Shown: positions 40,020-52,245, numbered from the whole stretch's first letter. The stretch: DNA of 62,972 bases, filler included, from Reticulomyxa filosa (GCA_000512085.1; 20 parts of 20 records of this genome joined end to end with filler, not necessarily neighbours in it); one strand, 5' to 3'. Notes: generated by a model from the letters alone, not told the origin. Numbers and translations: made by a program.

Positions 40020-40560
40020 AAATTTGTCTTTCCTGGATTGATGTATTGTTCGATTGACTTGATTCACATTGTTTTGTTATCCCCGGTGGTGACTCGTGAT
40101 AAGGATTACTTTTTTAAGATCGGTGATGTAATTGTAATTTATTTCCCAAATATCAGTTGATGAATTTGCGGACCGATCCCAAGTTTGCTCCCAATTTATT
40201 TGTTTCTGGATGTTACTAAACGCAATTGTGAAACCTTTTTCGAGGATAATACATTTACTTAACGACAACATTGACAAATTGGAAGCCATGCTAATAAGTC
40301 GATTATTCATGTTTGATATTTGGCTGTTCATGGCAATACGATTTAAGAAGGAGTTCATGTAGCTTATAAACAGTGCCAATACCATCCACCACCGAGGATA
40401 AGACATTGAATGCCTCCTATTCAGCCAAACTTTGGCAGCAATGGAATACATATTACATGCTGACTCTACTCCGGACAGATTTTTAATAATCTCTAACACT
40501 TTCACCGGGACAATTTGTTTGTTGTTTCAAATCTATGTATACAGGAATAACACACCAATT
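40020..40560 (-). mobile_element. Possible decayed RNase H domain of a retroelement
   Basis: Across frames: VYIDLKQQTNCPG, VDGIGTVYKLHEL and KKVILITSHHRG*QNN occur in RNase H order (YTDGS / T...AEL / W..SH.G..GN), but are very degenerate. Confidence 0.25.
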
Positions 40561-40937
40561 GGAGTTTATTGAAGAAAGAGAAAGGTAACTGCTTGTTCTT
40601 TCCATTATACCGACATCTCCTTTTAATTATTGTATTCGAACACGTAGGATTTGGCCTTGCTCGTTTCAATACGACATTCTGGAGGTAACATTCAGTTCGT
40701 TAGCGTGCAAATTTCAAAGTGTGGAGCATAGCCTGGAAGCGCAAGTTGTTCGGCAAACGGATATCCATTTGAGCTTTTGGCCAATTACACTGGATGGTGC
40801 AATTGTTGTCATTGTTGACCATTGGCCTTTTTTGAGTNNNNNNNNNNNNNNNNNNNNNNNNNNNNNNNNNNNNNNNNNNNNTTAATTAATTAANNNNNNN
40901 NNNNNNNNNNNNNNNNNNNNNNNNNNNNNNNNNNNNN

Positions 40938-40957
40938 GTGTGTGTGTGTGTGTGTGT
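40938..40957. repeat. (GT)n microsatellite at contig start
   Basis: Direct observation. Confidence 0.95.
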
Positions 40958-40996
40958 TCTGTTTGACAATCAATTTTTTGTTATATTTAATTTGTA

Positions 40997-41416
40997 ATGC
41001 TTTGTCTTAAGCTCATCGAACACAAAGAATGGCTTTCAATGATGACATGCGCTGCAATTGTCAGTGGCATTGTGATCGAATGTCGAGTGGTGGCTGCTCG
41101 TGTGTCTTGGAGCCAATCATATGTCGATGTCTACTTGGCTCTGTCTGTGAGTCTGCTGACTGCTCACATGTTGGTATTGTTTGGCAATACTCGCTATCGT
41201 ACTTCCTTGCTCATGTGGCTGTGGCTGTGCCGTCTTGCTTTGTTTTCATGCTTTCACTACCTTCTTGATACAGGCACCGCTTTCTTTTTTGAGTGCTGGA
41301 TTTCCCTTGTTCAAACTCTTTGCGTTTTGTTGAACGTATGGTCTGAATGGCTCAATACTTCTATCCATTCAAAACAAGTAACAATGCAAGCTTGCTGCAA
41401 TAAAAAAACTTGTTGA
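40997..41416 (+). CDS. Probable last exon of a multi-pass membrane protein
   Basis: 139-aa open frame with about four hydrophobic segments and higher GC than the flanks; family not recognised. Confidence 0.45.
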   Translation: MLCLKLIEHKEWLSMMTCAAIVSGIVIECRVVAARVSWSQSYVDVYLALSVSLLTAHMLVLFGNTRYRTSLLMWLWLCRLALFSCFHYLLDTGTAFFFECWISLVQTLCVLLNVWSEWLNTSIHSKQVTMQACCNKKTC

Positions 41417-41804
41417 TCTTCTAGTCTTTTGTGTTTTGTTGCTTTCCTCTTCGAAAAAGGGTGTTTTTAAATTTACTTAGCATTGCGATTTTTCCTTTTT
41501 TATTTGTTTTAGTCTTGAACATTGTGAAGACACACAAGAATAGTTTCTACTAAAAGAAACGTGTGCCATTGAAGAGTTTTTATTAAATTGAGTGATTCAA
41601 TGTATCTCTTCTTTTCCAGAGCCACATGCGCAGAAAATCGACATGGAAAACTTTCATTTTCATTCTTGAAATAAAAATTGATGATAAACATGAACACCAG
41701 AATATTTGCTTGAGCAAACTGAAATTGAGTAAGCTTGATTGCCAAAATGTCAAATGGTTGCATAACTTACCAGGCTTTTACTGGACGTACCTTTTCTTTT
41801 GAAA

Positions 41805-43651
41805 ATGTCGAAATATAATGCTAAAACTGTCCGGATAAATCCAGTATATTTGTCATTCGTCTTAGGGTTTTTGTTGTCATTGTTGATTTTTTTGGTTTTC
41901 TGACATTTAACCTCAAGATTGTCTCACTCCCCTATGCGTCTTCGCCAAACAAAGAAGAAAATGTAGTCCCTCTTTCTCCACGGTTCGGGAATGTACCAAT
42001 TCTCCGCCCGGGATTCAGGAACAATAACCAACGACTGGACAACAATGGCTCAGCTCCAAACGACGTGCATAACAATGCAATGTTGAAGTACTACATCGCG
42101 ATTGCAGACTATGTGGAAAAATCGTTTTCCAATTCGTTTGGGAATACGCAGCCCCAAGACAGCAAATGCTACGGAGCAAATGCATGCAGATACCAAGATT
42201 ACGGGTATTTGCGCTATAAAGTGGGCGCGTTGTTTAGTCCGTATTTGAAGTTGCATGATGTAATGAGTCAAAACAATGGAACAGCAGTGACATTTTTTTT
42301 GACCAACAGCGACGTATATTTCCAAAAGGTTATAGGAGAGGAATACATTGCAGAAATGTTGGACAAGTACTGTGGGAAACGATTCATTTGTCGATTCATG
42401 GATGGCACTATTCTTTTTAGTGTACCACTAGAAACAGGTACACAACTTTTCGTATACGTTTCCCTTTTTTTTTTTTTTATCTAATAAAAATTCCCCCTTT
42501 TTTTTTTTTTCATTAAAAAAAAAAAAAAGGATGTTATGACCAGATTCACACTTACTTGGTAAGCGTGACATGTGATATGATGGCACCAGAGGTGTTGATT
42601 TGGAAGAAAAGCGAAGGCGTGAAGCGCTTCAACCGATATATGAATAAGGTGAACCAATTGCAACGACAGATCCTTTCGTCCGACGTGACGACGCAGGTGC
42701 AAGTGCAATTGTTGGACCCTGGGATGAACTTATTGGAAGCGGGACCAGAGGAGTACCCGCAATGGTGGAACGATCAATGGAGAGGGCATATTGACTACCG
42801 GTTCATTGCGCCCGATAAAGTCGACAGCCGAGAGGTCATTATATTTCCAAATATTATTGTCCCTGTTTGTTCCACCATCGTCGTCAACAACGACGACGAC
42901 CTTGTGACTGGTCAGATATTCCGTCACGATCCACCCCCTTTTCCACACGTTAAACACTTCGTGCACTCGTGGCAAGAATCACAACAGTCCATCTTTGGCT
43001 TGGACCGTGCGAAAAGAAGGTATCATTTATCTGCCTGTACCATGGTTTACGCAACAGGTTTTGTTTTGTTTTTTTTTTATTATGTGTATAATATGTATAC
43101 GTAATGCTAGGTATATACGTATACGTATATATATATATATATTTATAATACATACGTATAAATAAGGCTTTTGAATGAACTGGGACAAATTCTATTATAG
43201 GCAAACAATTACGTCAAGTTGGCTTTCAGGTGCAACAATGGATCGAATATCATCGCATGCAAGGCTTTGATCACTTTTTCATTTATGGACATCATCCGGA
43301 ATGCAAGACGGATAACATATCCCAGACGACCTTGTTTCGATTGCTGCGCTCGTACATTGAACAAGGATTGGTTACGTAGTTTTGTTCCCCGTTAGCAGGA
43401 CTGTTAGGATGTACCATCTTGCGAAGAGCTACTATCAGCACGCTCAAATCCACTCGTGTCTGACTAGATTTCGGTACGAGTCCGACTTTATCGCAGATTT
43501 TGATATAGACGAATGGATTTTCCCGAATCCCAATGTCCAGTTTGGAGATGACTTGATTCGTCACATGGTCTACTTTCATGAGTACCAATATTCATATGGA
43601 ACCCCCATCCCTCCTTCTCTTGTTTGTTTGTTTTTTTTTTTTGTAGTGTAC
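41805..43651 (+). CDS. Glycosyltransferase family 92 (DUF23)-like type II membrane protein, multi-exon, 3' truncated, with apparent frameshifts
   Basis: N-terminal TM (YLSFVLGFLLSLLIF), then YHLSACTMV, QQWIEYHRMQGFDHFFIY, QHAQIHSCLTRFR and the DxD-type motif DFDIDEWIFP. Frame breaks at about 41890 (T run) and about 43378. Confidence 0.8.
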
Positions 43652-43751
43652 NNNNNNNNNNNNNNNNNNNNNNNNNNNNNNNNNNNNNNNNNNNNTTAAT
43701 TAATTAANNNNNNNNNNNNNNNNNNNNNNNNNNNNNNNNNNNNNNNNNNNN

Positions 43752-44751
43752 CAACAACAACAACAACAACAACAGCAGCAATGCCATTTCATGGATTCAG
43801 TCAATCTCCGACAGACACAACAATGACGCCGATAATGCCGCAAAGCGGAGCGCGCTCAATGTCCCGCAACTTTGGGTCGCCCAAGCCTGAGGACATCGAT
43901 CCCGAGTTTACGAATCGCCCCGAGTTTGTGCGCTTCCAACGCTGGGAGTTGCTGGAGTCGGCCAAGCGCTGGCTCCCAGGAGAAAGCACCATCATCATGT
44001 GGAAAGGCTTTTGCTATGTCATCGGCGCGCCCATTCATATGGGCATGAATGGACATATTCACTTTTGCTATCGCTACAAGCTGCCCGAGTCTGCCACTGA
44101 CGACGAAGATACAGCTGCAACTGCAAATCAAAGTCAGGCTGAATTCGAAACAACAACAGCGACAACAACACGTGAAGAAAGTCACTCTTCGATCAATTTC
44201 GGTCGTCTCGCCGCTTCCAAATTCACTAAAAAAGACGTCGTCACGCTTGCAGCCAAGATTGTGCCCAACACGTCAGCCTTTGCCCGAGAAATCGTGATAT
44301 TACGAGACTTACAAGTTATTTTGTGCAATTTTTGGAAACTATTTGTATTTATTTGAACATAAATATATAATACATATACGTATGCGTATATGTATTATAT
44401 ATTTATGTATTTTGTGTATTTATGTGTGTGTACATATACATACATATACGTATATACATATATATATGTATATATACATATGTATAACGTATACGTATAT
44501 ATATATAATACGTATACATAGGATTGTGAGAATATAACCACATTATATGACGTGCTCGAGTCGAAACGTACGTTGATATCAATCCTGGAACTTGCCAAGT
44601 CGGACGTGCACCACTTCTTTGTCGGACGCGAAGCGAGTAGACATGGATGGTCATTGGAGAAGCCAGCAGTGCGCGAGGCGTTTGCACGCATGGTAGTGAC
44701 GAACGCCGTGCAGGGCCTGAAGCAGATGCACGACAAAGAGTACTTGCATTG
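43752..44751 (+). CDS. Ser/Thr protein kinase, N-lobe to start of the catalytic loop (partial)
   Basis: Gly-loop variant IHMGMNGHIHFC, LAAKIV, AREIVILRDLQ, then an intron, DCENITTLYDV, ILELAKSD and VQGLKQMHDKEYLH at the contig end. Confidence 0.8.
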
Positions 44752-44851
44752 NNNNNNNNNNNNNNNNNNNNNNNNNNNNNNNNNNNNNNNNNNNNTTAAT
44801 TAATTAANNNNNNNNNNNNNNNNNNNNNNNNNNNNNNNNNNNNNNNNNNNN

Positions 44852-44883
<32 letters not shown>

Positions 44884-47181
44884 GCAATAGCAATACAAGT
44901 GGGAGAGACAGTGAAACAAAAGATGACGAAGATGAATTAGCTCAGACAGGCATATCGGCGCACGATCCTGGACATGTGAAACATTTGCTTCGCAAAGTGC
45001 TAGAACATCGCACGGTGATTGACGTGCAATACGTGGTGTTGGCCAATCAGCTGCAACTGTATTATGCCATGAAAGACGAAGACGACCAGCAGGTCATTTG
45101 GAACAGTACCAACTTAAGCGACCCGGAACAAACCTATCATTTGCTGTTCAAAAAGGCCTTGCGCGAAAAGCATCTGCCCGATTTGACGCACATTTTGGCG
45201 GGCTTGTTGCTGATCCCAAAGTCCAAAACGTATCTATGGACCATCTTTGAAAAAATCATTTTGCTGGGCACGACCAAAGAAATGGCCGCCAAGTTGCGTG
45301 CCCTCTGCGACGAAGAGCCAGTGGACACGCAAAAGTCAACAGACGATTTCATTCAGCAATTCCAACAGAAAAGTCAGTTGTTGCAAGAATTGGAAATGCT
45401 CGATGGTTACTCCTCACACACACACACACACACACACACATACATTATATTTAGTTTGTATTTAATTTATATATACATATACATATACGTGTATATGTAT
45501 GTATGTGTGTAATCCAGAGGGAAGATTTCCGAGCTTTGAATTGATGAAGAAATGGCTGAATATGGCCGAAGAAGAAGTGGAACAAGAGGAAGTGCGCTTG
45601 TCAAAGCAAGAAATGCAAAATTTGCGCTCTCAGTTGGATGAAAGCAAGCGAGGGCAGATCAAACTGCGTACGCAAATGAACTGGCTCAAACTAAGACATA
45701 GCACCAAAACACAACTCATGTCTTTGCAATTGGACATACTCAAGAAAAGACAAGCTGTCCGTAAATACATATATACATATATACATATATATATGCATAT
45801 ATATGTATATATATGTATATGTATATATGTATATATGTATATGTATATTTATTTATTTTTATGTACATATATACATTTTATTCACAGACGTCTGCAACCA
45901 CACCGAATAAATCTTTGCCATCCACCTCTGGAGACAGCAAGACTACGACAACAGTGCCTACCACGTCCACAACTCCCGCACCAGTTCCTGCTCCCATTCC
46001 CGCTCCATTGCCAGGAACAGGAACGACAACAGTATCTCGTCCTGGAACAGCCCCAGCCCCTGTCCCTACTCCTGCCCCTGCGCCTATTCCTGCCCCAGTT
46101 CCAGGAAAAGTCACAACAGCGCCGACTCCAGCCTCAGTGCCAGTGCCAGCTCCAGCTCCAGCGCCAGTCCCTGGAGTCTCGACAGTGCCACTGCCGGGAT
46201 CCCGAGTGCCATTACCAGGTGGGGTACCATTACCAGGTGGAGTACCATTGCCAGGTGGAGTACCATTGCCAGGTGGAGTACCATTACCAGGTGGAGTACC
46301 ATTACCAGGTGGAGTACCACTGCCAGGTGGAGTGCCATTGCCAGGTGGGGTACCAGCGCTGTCGAACTTGCCAGTGCTCGGCGCAAAGACTGTGAGCAAA
46401 GCGCCGACGATCGACACGCCAAAGCCGCGCATTAAAGTGAAGAACTTGCATTGGTCGGCAATCAAACGTGTGAACGACACGACGGAGACAATTTGGTCGG
46501 ACATGAATCTGGACTCGCTGGACGTTGTGGTGCAGACGGCCAAGCCGACGACGGACACGAAAGAAGTGAATAAAAAAGAGGTGGATAAGACGAAACAAGT
46601 AGTCGTTAAGCTGGACGTGGATGCATTGGAGACATTGTTTCGACAGCCCGAAAAATCGAAAAAGGGGAAAAAAAAAGCGGGGGCCAATGATGGTGATGCT
46701 GATGATGACAAGGAAGATGGCAATAAAAAAACTAAAAAAAAATAATATCTTTGTTGGCCGAACACGATCAAAAGAAGCATTACAATGTGTCCATTGGATT
46801 GTCGCGACTGAAAAAGTCCAATTTGGTCCTTCACGATGCCATCCTCGGAATGGATGAAAACGAACTCAAACTGGACACGCTGCAGAAATTGCTCAAGTAT
46901 GTGCCCGAGGAGTCGGAACAAGAATTGTATCGCAATTGGGATGGCGATCCCAATGAATTGGACATTCCAGATCAATTTTTTTATGCACTGCGCAATATCA
47001 CATTCCTGCAGGAACGTATCTCCTTGTGGGTATTCAAAGTTCAATTCGCCGAATTGCATGACGACAACTTGCACAAAGTCACCACACTGCAAAAAGCACA
47101 CGACACTGTCAAGTTTGGTTTTTTTTTTTTTTTGGAGAAAATAATAAAAATAAAGGGGAAAAAAAAATTATTATAACAAAC

Positions 47182-47216
<35 letters not shown>

Positions 47217-48769
47217 TGATAATAAATATCAATTGTTTAGGAACAGCGCCTCGTTTAAAAAACTCTTGTCGTTTGTGTTAGTTGTCGGGAATTTCATGAA
47301 CTCGGGAACCAAAAAAGGGGATGCCATTGGCTTTAAGTTGGACACATTGGCGCAATTAGAATCCAGCAAATCACTGGACGGAAAAGAGTCTTTGCTCACT
47401 TTTGTTGTGAACCAATGCCGAATCAATCATCCCGATGCGTTGACATGGGTCGATGATTTCGAGGAGGTGTTGCCACAAGCAATTCGACGTTTCGTTTTAA
47501 GTTTTTTTTTTTTTAAAAAAAAAAAAAGAAACACACATATATACGTATATGGATATATAATAAATGAATAATATCAAAAACCGCAGTGGATACCGCTCAA
47601 TTGGATATTGACATTAAGGAATTAGGTAAGCGATTGGAAGACGTAAGTAAGAGATTACAAGCAGAAGGGCCCAAAGAGAAAGACGAAGAGGACAAAGAAG
47701 ATACCAACCAAGACTTGTTCAAAGATGTAATGGGAGATTTTTATAAAAACGCAAATCCTAAATATAACGCGCTCGAAAAAGGATTCAAAAAAGCAACGGA
47801 CAATATCAAAGCTTTGGGGTGTGTATTTTTCATCTTTTTTTCTTCTTAATAAAAAAAATTGGCTATGTTGTGTACGAAAGAAAATATTTGGGAGAAAAGG
47901 ATGTCGATAACATGAGCTTTTTGAGCCAATTGAATGCATTTGCAGAAAATGTAAAACAAGCGGCAGAAGACATTCAATGGAAAGAAGAGCAACAACGTAA
48001 ACAGAAAGAAAAGCAGGAAAAAGAACAAAATGCTTCCAAAAGGATAGACGCGACCAGCCCAACTCAAAAAAATCTTCCAAAATCAAGTGAAAAACCTAGT
48101 GCGGGCTCAAACAAAGTGCAAAGTGAACCTTCAAAGACACCTACGACGCCAACCGGCTCTAAGACGCCTACGACGCCGACCGGCTCTAAAGAGCCTGCGA
48201 AAAAAGAAGAAATTAAGGAAGAAAAAAGACTACATCGGCAACAGGAAAAAACAGAACGGAAAAAAGAGAAAAAGAAAAAGAAAAAAACGGCATTGGAAAA
48301 ATACAAAGTGTTGGAAAGGCAACCGGAAATCAAAAATTTGCCTGCTGCCACTCAACAAGCTATTGAAACCAGGCTCAACACCTTGGGAAAGAGTTATACA
48401 ACACAATTGAATCAATTGGTCTCTTTATCTTCGATTCATAATCGTCGAGCATCGCGAGTTTCTGGCGTGTTTGATGAATCGCTCTCCGGCCATAAAAGAG
48501 TGCCTAGCAGTGGAGGGCAGATACGAAAAGAATCTTCCGGTGACACTGCTCGTGCAACTGAGCCAGAAGCACGTGCTCGAAAACCAACGTTCTTTTTGGA
48601 TAATACTGCAACTCGAGCAAGAGGCTCAAGCAGGGCTGAAGACGAAACAAAATTCACCAAAATGGTTTTGGATGCCATTGACGATATTGAAATTGAACCT
48701 GAAGCTGATGGTGATAATGATGAACTTGATATGGATATCGAAGCTATGCTTGAAGATATTGAAGATTGA
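44852..48769 (+). CDS. Formin (coiled coil, FH1-like, FH2, charged C-terminal tail), multi-exon, 5' truncated
   Basis: FH2 motifs VKNLHWSAI, TIWS, LETLF, ISLL..DQKKHYNVSIGLSRLK, PDQFF, VLVVGNFMNSG, AIGFKLDTLAQL, SLLTFVV and DLFKDVMGDF. There is a single-base frameshift in the A run at about 46735-46742. Confidence 0.93.
46206..46355 (+). repeat. 18-bp tandem repeat encoding (VPLPGG) x8 in the formin FH1
   Basis: gt(a/g)cca(t/c)t(a/g)ccaggtgg(a/g) repeated with synonymous variation only. Confidence 0.95.
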
Positions 48770-49193
48770 TCAAGCAAGAAAGCTTGTGTTGTTTGTTGTA
48801 ATCAAAGATAAATTGTTTATCTTGACTGTGAAAATTCTTTTCAAATATATTTTTCATTCTTCAATGTACTTACTCCTCAGATGTAAATATTTACTTTATC
48901 ATTTGAATTCTTACAAGATTTGGAAAAAGTATATTTTATTAACGGTTTGTAAGTGATGTTCATCGTTTAGTTTTGGTCAAATTCAGTCGGTTTAATCACT
49001 CAGCATCATGAAAGAAAGCAATCAATGCCACTTTGCACGGGTTGAAATAAATGAAACATTAACACTTCTAACAAAAAAATAATTTTTTTTGAAAGTCGAA
49101 TAAATTAAAAAGAAATTTTGTCATTGTTTCTGAAAAATTGTGGTTCTCTCGTTTATGTTCATTCCACACGCGACTTGGTCGGATAAAGTGCAT

Positions 49194-50325
49194 TCATTGT
49201 GATACATTAAAAGCTTTATGATTTGTTGGCTGATCCCCATCCTTTTTCTGGCCAACATGCATTTGAACAACAATTTTTCTCAACACAAGCAACTCCCCAA
49301 TAGTAAGTTCACCAACAAACATTTCATTTCTTGCTTGATCAGATCCTATCTTTCTTAACGATGTATTATAATCACAATAAGTAAGCTTATCTAAATCATT
49401 GCTATCAAAAACATAATCTGCAAGTAGAGGATTGTTAATCTTTTCCTCCACTTCTGCGATAGGTTGATCTTCGTACGTTCCTCGATCCAGAGGAGGAAGA
49501 GTAGCATTTGGGGGCTCATCAATAAAAATGATACTTGCTCCTTCCTGTGGCTCTGCAAGTGGTTGTGGTTGTTGCCCTTGTTTGTCTTTGTCTAGTTCGT
49601 TTTGACCTTGGTTCTGTTCAATAGTTTGCATTAAGTACTCGATTTGTCTGATTTCGTCTTCATTGGGAGGAGAAAATTCGTCTATCAATATGACAGCAGT
49701 ATTTTTTCTGTGCTGTTGCTCTTCATGCGGTGACGCCTCATCACATGAGTCAGGCACAACCATGGGCTCATCTTGTGGTTGTTCCGGAATGGAGGACGGT
49801 AATACTGAATCATCGCTATCTGGAATCACAGACTGTCCTTTTTCATTAGTCTCAATGTTGTCATACACAATAGGAATGCTGTCTGGCAACAGCTCATCCC
49901 GAGCGTCTTGCTCGGCATTTTGCTCTTCGTTTCCAAAGGACTCTTTATTCCAATTATTGTTATTATTATTATTATTATTCTCATTACTATCACAATTAAT
50001 AACAGAAATAACATTGTCATTGCTTTCGAATGGGACATCCAAATTATCACTGTGCGCATGTTCCTTGGATTCCGATGGATTTTGTGTGTCTGTATCTATA
50101 GTGGGCAATAGCAATTGCTCCAAGTGCAATGCTTCGTAAACTTCTTCCAAATAGTGTTTGAAATTGGCATAAGCAGAGCCACCTTCATCATCACCGTGTT
50201 GCTTGTAAGCATTAGAAGACTCCATGTCTTGAACGGAATACGAATCTTGCGCACTGTGCAGTGAAGCAATGTTTTCCAACTCTTGCACATGGACATTGCC
50301 ACTATTATTACTATTACTATTATTA

Positions 50326-50364
<39 letters not shown>

Positions 50365-50940
50365 CCATAAAGTGGTAGAAAAGGCGGAAGAACTATATTG
50401 AAAGCTCTTCTGTATTTCTGTAACACATGTCTTATCTTTGTGGACGCAGAAATGGCAACCGTGGTTGATGTATTGCACTCATCAGATGACAGACTCACCA
50501 CGTTCAAATCATGCACTACCAATCTTACACTATCAAAGCACGGAGATATCTTCGGTTTTACCATCACTAGATTTAACACACTCCCGCGAAGTTCCGTTCC
50601 ACTTTTTTTTTTTTTTTTGGATGTGAGAATCCCAAAATTTACTCAAATAAAAAGGTATAGATTTTTTTATACCTTCCCCTCTTTTTGCTTAACTTTTTGG
50701 CATGTTGCAGTTTTTGAGTTGTGCAATCTTTCGTTACTTCAATGCTAATCGTAAATTGCCCATCCGTCACGTTCATGCATAGCGTTGATGCCCCTGGCCC
50801 TATTGGCGGAGAGTCGAGTACAACCACGTGTCGATTATTTTGCATTTCCTTAAATATTCTGTTGATTGGTTGTTTGTATGGTGTTGTTTTTTTTGTTCCG
50901 GACAGCTTCCTTGTTTTGTACGGCTTTGAGAGCAATTATG
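49194..50940 (-). CDS. Acidic, largely disordered hypothetical protein, at least 2 exons, with SIM-like motifs
   Basis: ORFs 50639..50935 and 49194..50579 are separated by a short intron-like AT tract. The protein contains poly-Asn and the motifs VVVLDS, VILIDE, IIFIDE, VIPDSDD and VVPDSCDE. Confidence 0.65.
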
Positions 50941-51411
50941 ATTGGCTTTTAAGCACTCAACTGCGCATCTTCCGCGCTTTCTGCACCCATAGATGCAACA
51001 AAAAAGGTTTCAATCCAAGGAAAAAGTATTACACCCATTTGTTTTATGCGTTCAGGGGGCATATCATAACGATAGTCTTTTTTCTGAAGTTCTTACAAAA
51101 AGATCAGTATAAAATTACTTAATTGTATGTACGCACTTTTCACTCATGGACCGTGTGTTTAAATTTAGCAGCAATTGAGACCGCATTTACACGGCACATA
51201 TGAATATAGGTCAATTGACCAGAAAGGAAAAAGAAAAATTTTGCAAAAGGAAATAATTAGCTGTAGGTACAATTAGAAAAGAAGCACTTAAGAAAGCTTG
51301 TGTAAAATCTGATCCAATTGATTGGGAAATACACATTTTATGCAAAAGATCGAGAGAAAAAAAAAAGCAAATTCCATACAATAATTGTAAAGTTTGGCGA
51401 CTAGTGTTTGA

Positions 51412-52046
51412 CTAATGGTGTTCCGGAACAAAAACAGTAGCATTTTCAGTCAACCTTCCGCACAAGGCCAAAACAGCATCGCGGGTTCCTCCTTTGGTAA
51501 TGGTGACATCGCAGCCCATAGCACAGCAGCGTGAGGCCACTTGCACTTTGGACCACATGCTGCCGGTGTTATCAAACTTTGGCAACGAGCGACCCTTTTG
51601 TTCGTCGGACTGTGGCTGTGGTTCTTTCTTTTCGGACTTTGAATGGTCTTGAATCAGCGAAATGGAGGTGGTTACATGTCCATGTTTCAGCTGCTGAAGA
51701 GCAAGCGTCGGCAATTGAGGGATCCCTTTTGCATTGACATAAACCTGTTTCATCAATTGGTATTCACTCTCATTGACATTGCTATTGGCATCGACATCAG
51801 TGGCGGTGGCATTATTTGTGTGATCATCATGGTCGTGGTCATTATTTTTCTTCTCATCGTTAGAAGAGACTGCCAATTTCCGTTCATACACCCCGTCGAC
51901 ATTAGTCCAAAAAATCGCTCGCTGTGGAGCCAAAATGGCAGTTAAATGTTCCAGTATCGTATCGCTCGAAAGGATACTACAGCCACGAGTATCGTCAAAT
52001 ACCATATCCTCATGAGTTACTGGTATCATACCATTTTGGAGTATCC
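51412..52046 (-). CDS. Isopentenyl phosphate kinase-like protein (amino acid kinase family), last exon
   Basis: IPVTHEDMVFDDTRGCSILSSDTI, AIFWTNVDGVY and DNTGSMWSKV correspond to the IPK consensus IPVLHGDVV.D...G..ILSGD, FLTDVDGVY and DVTGGM..K. Confidence 0.75.
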
Positions 52047-52074
52047 TCTATATATGTATATATTATAATATATG

Positions 52075-52111
<37 letters not shown>

Positions 52112-52211
52112 NNNNNNNNNNNNNNNNNNNNNNNNNNNNNNNNNNNNNNNNNNNNTTAATTAATTAANNNNNNNNNNNNNNNNNNNNNNNNNNNNNNNNN
52201 NNNNNNNNNNN

Positions 52212-52245
<34 letters not shown>

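Noticed and set aside
46206-46355. 18-bp repeats as a CRISPR array
   Set aside because: Contiguous, with no spacers, and in-frame coding with synonymous variation.
45878-47101. 407-aa minus-strand ORF with GTPPGN repeats
   Set aside because: Antisense to the formin FH1/FH2, which carries the conserved motifs.
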